Source: Geosiphon pyriformis uo1
Lineage: Eukaryota; Fungi; Glomeromycota
Direction of reading: 5' to 3'
Length of the DNA stretch: 64,000 bases
NCBI GenBank assembly: GCA_016748015.1
Contig: JAAOMT010000161.1
Location: forward strand, 1-64,000
Below, piece by piece: positions 1-11,200 of the stretch (within the stretch, counting starts at the first letter, position 1; the number at the start of each line of letters is the position of its first letter). The notes beneath the pieces were generated by a model. It was not told the origin of the DNA. It saw nothing but the letters and a program-made list of their open reading frames with translations, and did no database searches. Made by a program: the position numbers and the translations under genes.

Positions 1-389
1 TTTTATAATTCCTATAACTTTGTTTTCAAAGTGAGCATTTGAACACCACATTCTTTCGATGACTAATTGAAAAAATTCTGGTTACATATTTCTTTGAGTA
101 GTTGGTTTTATTCCTTGTTGCTGATTGCACTTCTAATACATATAAAGAGATGTGATTTTTCTTTCCTCTTTTAAATACCTAAGACTGGTTCTTGTCCAAA
201 AACAAATAATAATGACAATATTTTCTTTTGCTTTTAATAACTTTATCATGTATCCTCTTTTGCTTTTCCACCTATTGAAATAGTCTATACACTTATGATA
301 TGCTATAGTCAGTAGCATAATTATGGTAATGTGTGTTACCAGTTGAGCTAAGAAATGTTCTCTAATACTAACAAAAACCACTGGTAACA
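1..389 (+). mobile_element. 3' part of an LTR (family B) inserted into LINE-1 ORF2; extends beyond the window start
   Basis: The LINE RT frame (…IFAIGLIIENA) breaks at 390. The adjacent sequence ends AAAAACCACTGGTAACA, resembling the gypsy LTR end AAAAACCTCTGGTAACA. TATA-like CATATAAAG near 140. Confidence 0.6.
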
Positions 390-2281
390 GCATTCTCAAT
401 AATCAAACCAATAGCAAAAATGAGAGACTGAGTCATTGTATCTTTCAAAACTGAAAAATTGTCCCCATGAAAAATATTAAAAGTACTACATACCAAAGAA
501 ATTCTATTAGTGAGAATCTTGGAAAGAATTTTACAAGCTGTCTCAATTAAAGCAATAGGTCAAGTATTCATAAGAACACTCTTCTATTTATATGATTTGG
601 AAATTATCAAGACCCAAGCTTCCTTTCAAGAATCAGACACAGATTCACCAAACAAACAAGAGTTCAAAAGCACCAAAAGCATATTCAGAACTGTCCTATT
701 ACAATGTTTCCAAAGCTCATTCAATATACCCAAGAGACCAACAGCTTTGCCATTAGGTAGAAAAAAAACCACCTTAAACAATTTATCAAACTCAATTGAA
801 CACATAACATCAGAAAAAACTTCATCAAAAACATACTCCAAAGGTTGATATTAATGACACCAATCACCAAAAATATCATTAACCATGCAATGCTTTCTAG
901 TTCAACTCTCTATGATAACATCTATCTTAGATTTAACCAAATTGGATTCCAGGATAAGATCATCATCAACAATCAGATAATTGAGAACTACTTTGCAAAA
1001 TGGGCATTCCAGCACACTCCTAATTGTATGATCCTTATTTACCTCAAAGCTCTTCATTCTCTTATCTATAGCAGCTCTGATAGTTGCCTCCTTAGCCCTC
1101 AAAGATTCAGTAAGTTTAAATGCATGATAAGTCTTTCTAGCACCACAAAGAGCAGAACAAATGTAACCAGAGTCTGTACCAGAATCCACAACATCTTAAA
1201 TGACTGAAGCCTTAACATTGTTCAAAGAAATCCAGCACTTCATAAGAGAGACAAAATTTGCAACATTCTTCTCACATGAAACCTTAACAATCTTAGAAAC
1301 CAAAAGTTCCAATTTGTGATACCTTGAAGATTTCTTGGTAAAGATATCATCAAAGCTCTTAAACCACTTCTTCTTGAACACCTCATTAGCCAAGAGAACT
1401 ATTATCTTGCAAATAACATCTCACATTGCATTCAGATTCGAAAACCTCACAGCTGTGGTGAACTCATCCAAAAACATCAATGCATTGGCCAATATAGCAT
1501 TACCAAAATCTTTCCATTTAGCTTCATTAGCACCCTTAAAATTAAACTTCCAATAATTTCTATTTGCTTGCTTGTGAAAAAAGTTTAGCTGTATATTCAA
1601 AAGTCCATCCAAACTCACAGACACAGACACAGTCTGATGGTCAGTATCAAAAAATTCTCCAACATTAAACACATTTTGACTTATTACAGCATTGACCAAG
1701 TTTGAAGAAATAAACAAAAAATTAATTATCTTAGCCACACCATGAGAGTTAGTCCATGTTGGTATTTTCACATGAGAACATTCACTTAAGAAATTGACCA
1801 AACCAAGATCCAGACATTTTTTGAAACTGGCACACTTATGAGAACTATTTTCGTTGAAGTTACTATCCAGAATTACAAAAAATAACTTATTTACAGCTTT
1901 AGCAATCATAGAATTAATATTACCAGCTTAAGAAAACTGAGCCACCAAAGAAGCATCAGCATAGAGCCCCAGAATTAAAACAGAAAGTTTATTTTTGAAG
2001 AGTAATTTAAGAGAGATGAGCCAACCAGAAACCTTGAAAACTTTACACATGTGTTTTGCCAAAGAAATGTCCATGATAATTGCAACACCAGAACCCAAAT
2101 AGCCAGAGTTCAGACCAAAAGTGAAAATCCGAACACCATCAAACTTATTCATGATCCACAAGTGAATTTTACCCTTTAACTTAGTTTCAGTAACAACAAT
2201 AATTAAATTATTCTGTTTCTTATGCCAACAAATTATATCATCCTGTTTCACAGAATTGTTCATGTCCCTAATATTGTACGT
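390..2281 (-). pseudogene. LINE-1 ORF2 remnant: APE endonuclease and N-terminal RT
   Basis: Motifs ETKLKG, DTDH, LPNGKAVGLLGILNELWK, WVLIISK; many stops. Confidence 0.9.
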
Positions 2282-3257
2282 TGTTACCAAACAAAATTAG
2301 AGATATTATTTAGCATGAAATTATCTTATAATTTCTATCATTAATTAGCATATATTATTGTTTCAAATTATCACTTATTACATTAGCAAAAATGTCCGAA
2401 ATTATCATTTAATTAATAATTCAAATTGTACACAACACAAATGTAACCTAATTGCGATGATCAATCATGCAATACCCCAAACTATGTAATATTCAAAAGT
2501 TTGCCGAAATTTGTAGAAATTCGCTGAAATAATTGATAGTTCACTGAAATATCTAATAGTTCGCAGAAATAACTTGTAGTTTGCTAAAATGTATTTTTAG
2601 TTCAGTGAAATTGTAGAAAATAGCAAAGTTCAAGTTTACAGAATAGTGTTATGACAAGTTGTATAAAAGAAAAGCTTTTTTCTTCGAGAAAATGTATCTT
2701 ACTTTAGATTTATCATTTAGAACCACTCTTACACATACAAAAAGAAATAAATATAAAATAATTCAAAAAAACTCTTTAATTATTGCACTTGAAAAATTCT
2801 CAAAACTCAACTAATGTTTTGAAATTGATTAGCTACCAATTTCAATAAACTGTTAGTAACTCCAGGCCTGAATTGAAAATGTCTCTCTTGACAAAATTCT
2901 ATTTTTTTTATATTTTTTATATTTTCTTTTTATTTTCTTACTATAATCATTAGGGTAGCCTACAGACGAGATTCCTGTAGAAGAGTTGACTTTTACAGCA
3001 AAGTAACTATACATTTTTTAGTGAGCTTCCAGATGAGCATTTCCTGGAAAAGAGTTGACGTTTATTACAATGTAATTACATAAAGCAACTGGCATGGAAT
3101 TGGCCATTCTACTTATAAGCCCAGCAGTTCAAATTATAGGAGATAATTTGAAGATAAATTCAGTTACTGGAGGTTCAACCACATCCAGAAAACGTGAATT
3201 CACAGCAAACAAGCATCGACAACATTTAAGAAAAAAGACCAAAAACCTCCAGTAACA
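2282..3257 (+). repeat. 5' LTR of gypsy copy 1
   Basis: Direct repeat of 11169-12140; TGTTACC…GTAACA termini; TATAAAAG near 2662. Confidence 0.96.
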
Positions 3258-3259
3258 TT

Positions 3260-3275
3260 TGGTGCTCTCTCACAG
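3260..3275 (+). promoter_or_regulatory. Primer-binding site TGGTGCTCTC… (tRNA identity not resolved)
   Basis: TGG begins 2 nt after the LTR end; the same motif occurs at 41812-41827. It is complementary to a tRNA ending …GAGAGCACCA. Confidence 0.8.
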
Positions 3276-3302
3276 AAACAACACAGCAAAAACAACTTCA
3301 AA

Positions 3303-6300
3303 GTGGCAATCACACCAGATGCAACAACTCTAGAGTATTACCAGTCAATTTACACTCACTGCAAGCAAAGATTCAACATTCCAGACTGAATTGAAGTTGT
3401 TAAGAAATCAGTATACCAATACATTGAAAACTGCATCAACTATTATCTTTTTGGAAATTACAATATCTCAGAATTTAGAAGCAATCTTTACAATAATTTA
3501 GCACACTATTCACAGTTGGGAACTGAAGACCTTAACAGTAAAACACTTGCCACTTACTTTCACGAACTTAATTTTAACATTATCAAATACTGTGAAGAAA
3601 CATATCCAGTGCAGTCTTAATGCACTATTGATTTTGAATCAGAAACAGAAACAAGCAACAAAGGCAAAAACAAATTGAAGCAATACTCAAAAACCACCCC
3701 AAATACTCTAACACTACTGAAAACAACTGCCAAACATTTACAAACACCTGAACAAGAAACCAGTTCAAAATTTCCACTTACTATTACACCTTTTCTAGCT
3801 TTACTTGCACAAGCACAAACATCTAATTCACTCTTGAATCGATTTGCAAGACCAGAAGATTTTACATCACTCAGAAGTCCCACTAGACAACAAAAACCCC
3901 TTCAAATTAATTCCAATCTCCTTGATTTTCTAGCTGAAAATCAAAGTGAACACTCTGAGACAGCAGCAAATGAAGAAAACGACTCTGAAATAACTGAAGA
4001 AGAATCAATAGACAGTGAAAATGAAGAAGACGAAATGACAAGATACATTGCAAAAATCCCTGAATTCAATGAAGAAGATATTGAGACCAGTTTCCAAGAA
4101 TGGTTCGACCAAGTTACTAAAGCTGGAGATGCAAATAGATGGAATGCTGCCAGAATGTTAAGAACAATTCCCTACTTTCTCAAAGAAACAGCAGAAGAAT
4201 GGTTTGAAAACTTGGCTGCCCTATTCAATGATTGAAACACTTTCAAAGCAGCCTTTTTTGAACAGTTCACTGACAATAATACCTCTATTACCCTTCACAA
4301 TTGTTTTCAAAATATCAAACAAGAACTCTCCAAATCTGTTATGACTTATATTGGAAAATTCAACAAACTTCTCAGATGAATTTGCCAACTCAAAACAAAT
4401 GATTATTATTCTGATGCTCAAATTTTGGATCAATTTATTGCTGGTCTAAAAGATAAACTAATTAAAAAGATTTGTCCACATGTGCCAGAAGATTTAAACT
4501 CTGCCATACAGCATGCAAAAAGATACAAAATGGCCATGGAAGAGGCCAATTGCATAAAACTTGTAAATTTGGCAATTGAAGAAACCAGCTCAGCAGCTGA
4601 GGAAAAAATTGACCAACTCACAAAGAAGGTTGAAAACTATTTCACCAATCAACAACAATAGCAACCCCAAAGATATCAAGCACCCCAAAGACGAAATCAA
4701 AATAACTTTGCACCACTTTCCAATAACCAGCCTCAGAATTGCCATTACTGTAGAATTTCTGGCCACTGGAAAAGAGATTGCAGAAAGCTACAACAAGACC
4801 AACAAAATAGGAGTAATCAATATTACCCTCCACCACAGCAATCTTATTATCAACCACCACTACTAGCTTACTATTCACCAAGACCCCAATACCAAAATAA
4901 CTATTATCAGCCCGCCCCACAGCCAATCTAACAGCAATACCAACAACCACCCACACAATATTATCAAGTACCTGCTCAAAAACTGATTACACAAAATCAA
5001 TTCACACCACAAAACTGATACCAAGTAAACAACAATAGAATCAGTTCGAACAACCAATTGGTTCTCCAAAATTTCACTCAACCAAGACCCAACCACTACC
5101 ACACTCAACCCAGTTATTTAACAATGCCAGAAGAACAGGATTTTTATCATACTACACCCTCGGAAAGTAGAGCTGCAGCACAACAACAAAACCCTTCCTA
5201 TACTCTCACCACAATCCTACCAGCCAGAATCACTGAAAACACTAACCTTTCAGATATATTCCCTTTTGAGTTCGAAGCAAATGAGTCACCATTTTTGCTT
5301 AGCAATGCAGCCGCCAATGAACAAAAAGCAATCACAGCTATGTGCATTGAAGCAGAAGTCAAAGGAAAGACAATTTGCTTGATTCTAAACAATGGATCTG
5401 CCGGAAGCATTATCACCTACCAGTTAATGCAACAGTTGAAGAGAAATGTTGACTGACCAGCTCAAACAGTAATCGTCACTGCTGATGGCATGAAAAAGAC
5501 CCCAGTAGAAGAAATTGACAATTTTCCATTCACTCTTAATGGAATCACCATTCCAGTCAAAGTTCTTATAATGGATGCACCCCAGTACCAAGCTCTTGTC
5601 AGAAATGATTAGCTTCAAAAAGCCAATGCTAATCTGAATTGGGAAACACAAAAGTTAACAATCTTCTACCAAGGACAACATGCCCAGGTACCTGCCACTT
5701 GTGGTACATTCAACAAACACTCTGAAAAAGCCCCAGCTTTTGAATTCGAACTGGAAGAGAAAAAACCCCTCATTGAAACATTCATGGCTTTTAGATCAAC
5801 ATCCAACTGGGCTGATGAAACAGAACAAAAACATTTTACCCTACACTCTGAACTCGAAACCTCTGAATGGAATATCCCTTACTCAAAACCTGAACCAAAG
5901 AAACAATGCCCCTATATTCCCCTTAAATGTAAGGACTGTCACAAAAAACTATTGTCAATGGGAGCCTGCATTTCACCTAAAGAAGAATATGAAAATCATA
6001 CTTGTTATTACTGTAAGGCTTGCCACAGAGAACAATGGGACCATCTAATAAAAAGAAGCAGAAAATAGGACAACACCCCTTGTTTGACTTGTGGAGATAT
6101 GCTACCAAAAGAATGCAATTAGATTGATGTAGTCATAAGAGGAGAAGTTTGCAATCAGACCTGCCAATATGCTTTATCAATTTCAGAAAAAGTAAAAAGA
6201 GGAACACCCTTTAATGTGGCATACAACAGTGCTCTCAACAAACTTTATCACTACCTCCATAATATTGAGATGATTTTCGACCTAGCAATGGCATTAATTA

Positions 6301-8921
6301 ATGGAGCTACCAAAGAAGATGTTCATTAAATGAAGGAAACAGAATATATTGAATACACCATGGAATTAGCTGGATTTGATTACGAAGACAAAGTAGAAGT
6401 CTACCACCAAATTGCAAGTCACACCTACCCAATCCAAGAAGCTTAAATTCAACAATTAGAGCAAATGAACATTAGACTATGTGAAGAATACATTATGCCT
6501 TGTGATGAACAGTGATGTCTTGAATGCTACGCTCTTAGTATCCCCTTGCCCAACAAAAATGATGAGAACAAAATTGAATTTGGAGAACCTGAAGCAACGG
6601 AAGAAATTGAAACAACACCTATCTATCTTATTGAAAATCAGCCTGCCTTACAACTTAAATATTTCAACAACAACGGACAAGAAATAAAACCCAAAAAAGC
6701 ACACAAAATTGATGCTGGATATGACCTAAGATATCCAGGCAAAGATACTCTTGTTCTCAAACCCAAATCTCTCACAAAAATCAACCTCAAAATTGCACTC
6801 AAAATCCCACCAGGAGCAATGGTTCAAATCACCTCCTGGTTCTCTCTGGCAAGCAAAGGAATCAATGTCAGAGGAGGAATAATCGATGCTGGATATACTG
6901 GAGACATTACAGTGATGCTTTAAAATGAAACTAACAAACCATTCAAGATTGAACATGCTGAAAAAATTGCCCAAGCTATTTATCTACCCTTAATCAACAT
7001 TTCAGGTTTGCAACTAGTCAATCAAAGAGAACAATTAGGAAAAAGTGATAGAGGAACCCAAGGTTTTGGTTCAACTGGATGATTCATAGTTCCAGTTAAT
7101 ATAGCTCTTAACACACAGAACAAATCCCACCAGATTCTCAGACTTCCACAACCGATTACTATCTCACCCTTTGGAGAACATCTGGAAATCTACACCTGCC
7201 CAAAGCCAACAACCACACAACAAATTTTTGAGTCCAATGAACAAGTCTGCTTGGAACATAATATTTTGATTCCAAACATTTATATTCCAGAAGGAACAAA
7301 GAAAGTCTGAGTTACTTTTTACAACCCCAATAATTACCCCATAATTTTATTAAATAATTTAGAAATTGGAGTTATTCACAGTAATATATTTCAACAAGAA
7401 TTACCCCAAACAGTCCCTGATTTCTCTGAAATTATTGGACATTCACTACCAAAAATCAATCCAAATCTCAGCTCTGAAAACTACCATGTTGTTATGGAAA
7501 AACTATCTTGAATCAACATAGGACAACTTGAGCCACAACAACAGACCCAGCTCAAAAAGCTAATTGCAGAATTTGCCGATATCTTCACTGAAAACAACAA
7601 TGACTTAGGAAGAACCAATTTGGTTCAACACCAAATTTATACAGGAGATGCCAAACCAAAAAGACAACAAGCATATTGAGTTGCTCCAAAAAGCCACCAA
7701 TTCATCCAAGAAGAAATACAATGAATGCTTAACAATAGGTTCATTCAACCCTCCATAAGTCCTTGGGCTTCACCTGTAGTACTAGTTAAAAAGAAAAATG
7801 AAAAGATCCAATTTTGTGTTAACTATCAACAACTCAACAGTATTACAATTGGAAATGCCTATTCCCTTTCCCAAATTAATGACATGTTAGATGCCCTTAG
7901 AAAATCCAAATACTTTTCAACACTAGATTTAGAAAGCAGTTACTGGCAAGTTGCTATGGATCCCAAAGATCGCCCCAAAACAGCATTCACCACCCAAGGC
8001 GGAAATTACGAGTTCAATGTAATGCCTTTTGGATTATGCAATGCACCAGCAACATTTTAGAGATTAATGGATGTTGTGTACCAAAGACTTCTTTGGAAGT
8101 CAGTAGTCGTTTATCTTGACGATACTGATGTTTATTCTTCATCATTCGAATTACACTTAAAACACCTGCGAGAAGTTTTTTAACGATTACAAAAAGCAGG
8201 ATTAAAACTCAATATCGAAAAATGCTACTTTGGAAAAACAAGCCTGGCCTTCCTTCGTTATATTGTTAGTAAAGATGGAATCAAACCAAACTCTGGAAAA
8301 ATCAGCATTGTCAAAAACTTCAAAACTCTTTAAAACACTACAGAACTAAAAGGATTCATAGGATTAGCATCCTACTATTGGAAGTTTATCAAAGGATTTT
8401 TGGAAATTGCAAAACCCCTCAACCAGTTCACCACCAAAAATGTTGAATACAAATGGACTACCGAACACCAAAAAGCTTTTGAAATTCTCAAGAAAAAACT
8501 GACAACAGCTCCAATTCTTGCTTACCCGGATTTCAGCAACCATTTTCGACTAGCTACAGATGCTTCGTATACTGCCTTTGGTGCCATCTTATCACAACTA
8601 GATGACAATGAAAATGAGCAAGTAATTGCTTATGCTAGCAGAACATTAAAACCAGCTGAGAAAAACTATCCTGTCACAGAACTAGAAACAGCAGCTGTAA
8701 TTTGGGCTCTACACTACTTCAACCTTTATTTCAGACCTAAAGAATTTGATATTATCACTGATAATATTGGACTCAAATGGCTTCAGAACAAAAATACTCA
8801 GCTGAATGTAAAACAAACCCGATGGACAGGATTTCTAGCAAACTATTGATACATAGTATATCACAAACCAAGAAAACTCCACACCAATGTTGACTGTCTC
8901 TCCAAAATGAGACAAGATTAG
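3303..8921 (+). pseudogene. gag-pol polyprotein in one frame with premature stops: Gag, CCHC knuckle, aspartic protease, Cys-rich domain, dUTPase, RT, RNase H
   Basis: ORF fragments starting at 3675, 4425, 5058, 5784, 6546, 7725 and 8400 share one frame. Motifs: CHYC-x4-H-x4-C (4740-4781); LILNNGS (LILDSGS in copy 2); AGYDL, GIIDAGYTG and RGTQGFGSTG; SPWASP; MPFGLCNAPATF; YLDD (8112-8123); TDAS; NYPVTELE. Confidence 0.93.
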
Positions 8922-8973
8922 AAAAACACAAAAACCAACACTCAACTTAACCAACCAAAAGAGCCAACAAACA

Positions 8974-10359
8974 ATGAATTTGGAAAACTACAACAATCTC
9001 AAACAATATTTGGAAACATTAACAATCCCAACAGATTGGTCCCCAGATGAAAAACATCGACTACAACAACAAACCAAACAATATTTTCTACACAACAATA
9101 TTATTTATTATCGAAATTTCAAAAATCCAGACAAACCACTCAGATTAATACAAGAACAGGAAAAAAAGACTATATTATACAACATGTACTCAGATCTTTC
9201 ATCAGCCCACTTTGGAAAAAACAGCATCACCCAAAGAACACTAGAATACTACTTTTGGCCTCAAATGAGAAAAGACATTCATGAATATGTCGAATATTGT
9301 GATAGTTGTCAAAGAAGAGGAGGAACTCACCTTACAAAACCTTTAAACCCAATCAAAGTTGGACAGCCTTTTGACAGAGTTGGTATCAATTTAGTCGGAC
9401 CACTACCTATCACAAACCAAAGAAACCATTATATTGCAATAGCCATAGACTATCTCACCAAATGGCCTGAAGCCAGAGCCATTCAACGGGCAGATGCAAA
9501 ATCAGTAGCAAACTTCATCTACGAAGACATCATTTGTAGACATGGATGCCCAATAAAACTTTTATCTGATCAAGGAACACATTTTGTGAACAATTTAATC
9601 CAGGAAATTTGTGGACGATTTAATGTCAAGAGACCATTATCTTCACCCTATCATCCACAAACAAATGAACTTGTAGAATGGTTCAACAGAACATTGTGTA
9701 AATCATTAGCCAAAGTTTCAACTGATTTTGAGCAAGAATGGGATCTTTTTATTCCATCAGTGTTACTAGCATATAGGACACTAAAACAAGATACCATAAA
9801 ACACACACCATTTGATTTAACTTATGGAAGAATGGCAACATTACCAATTAGTTTCACAGTAGAAACATACCCAGCACAACCAATCGATAAAAACAATTTC
9901 CAAGAAATGCTTCAATGAAGAGCCTACACTCTGCTTAGCACATTGGAAGGAAAACAACGAATAGTAGCCATCCATATTGAACACTCCCAAGCTCAACAAA
10001 AAGAATGGCATAATGACAAATTGCCTCTAGTCACCAATGAATTTAAAATTGGAAACAAAGTTTTCTTACACAGAACTAAAGCTGAAAAACAATGGAGTGG
10101 AAAATTTGAGAATAAATGGGATGGACTATTCTTTATCCATGAAGTTTTAGGCAATGGATCATACAAGCTAAGACTTGATGACAAAATTTTAGCAAAAGTT
10201 GCACATAGAGATCATTTGAAACACTATAATTTCAGAAACAATTCTGAATCATTAATTCCACAAATTGGTATACATTCCCCTTTAATCAATCCCAAAGACA
10301 TTCCCCGAAATTTAGAACCAATAGTTGTTATTGAACAGCCTCCCAACTTGAACACTTAA
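8974..10359 (+). pseudogene. Integrase in a separate ORF (one internal TGA at 9916-9918)
   Basis: Own ATG in ACAATG context, in a different frame from RT/RH. Motifs: AHFG…CDSC zinc finger, DYLTKWPEA, SDQG, SPYHPQTN, GPY/F-like WDGLFFI…GSYKL. No chromodomain seen. Confidence 0.9.
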
Positions 10360-10480
10360 TTTAAATTTATTATTATAGTTATTTTCTTATAATTTAGAAA
10401 CAATCTCACAAAAACAAAACAAAAATAACATAAAAACCCATACACCAAAAATAATTTTCTTTTATTTCAAATTGCTTATA

Positions 10481-11200
10481 ATGACTATTCCTCAAAACAT
10501 TCAACAATTATCCCAAAAACTAATGTTAGCTTTAAAAACAATACCCAAATTATCCATTACTGTTACTGGAAACCACATTAATTATACCCAAACAGAAGTA
10601 ATTACAAATTTAGTCCCAAATTCACAAAAATATCACCCGTATAAGAAGAACACAAGAAGCTATACTGAAATTCACCTGCCAGAACTTTTAAAGCTTGCTT
10701 TAAGAGAAAACCTAATGCTCACTCCGATTAGTATTCCACCAAATGCTACAATTCAACAAAGACTTCAACTGTGTCTCAATGAGAAAAACACTGAATATCC
10801 TCCAATCTATAGATATTTTCACATTGGAAAAACACTCTACAAATAGAAACTGGAACTTACAACAGCAAATCTCACAAAAGAAGCTATTCAGAAACAACTC
10901 CACAACAAATTCAAGACAACAGCTGGATCAACAAACAGTCACTACAGGCTCAAAACTGCTCTTAGACTTTATGACCTATTCCACACCTGTGAAAACATAC
11001 TACAAAACCCAATTTTTCAACCTTTGAAGATTCAATACATTGAAAAACTCACAGAACTGAAATTTCAACAATTTTCAGACCAAATTTCTTCAATAATTTT
11101 GGATTATTATCTGGAAATGACAAACAGTACTTGGACTTTGATGGAGCTCAGTCTTGAGGAGGAGGTTATGTTACCAGACAAAATTAGAGATATTATTTAG
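10481..11200 (+). pseudogene. ORF3, ~239-aa protein of unknown function (one premature TAG at 10844)
   Basis: Collinear with the open 45807-46484 ORF. It reads through the PPT and stops 30 nt inside the 3' LTR. Confidence 0.85.
11156..11165 (+). promoter_or_regulatory. Polypurine tract GAGGAGGAGG
   Basis: Lies 3 nt before the 3' LTR; also present at ~46440-46449 and, reversed, at ~63853-63861. Confidence 0.85.

Noticed and set aside
2498-2612. CRISPR-like appearance of the LTR motif arrays (also 37020-37155)
   Set aside because: Eukaryotic LTR context; units are ~12 bp with ~8-10-bp related spacers; no cas genes.
3094-3255. ATG-initiated small ORF in the LTR (MELAIL…)
   Set aside because: The ATG is not conserved (AAG in copy 2, ACG in copy 3); it probably arose by CpG decay.
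10200-10359. Chromodomain at the integrase C-terminus
   Set aside because: No YLVKW-type motif; the tail is short and Pro-rich.
10481-11200. env gene call for ORF3
   Set aside because: No signal peptide, transmembrane segment or cleavage site visible.
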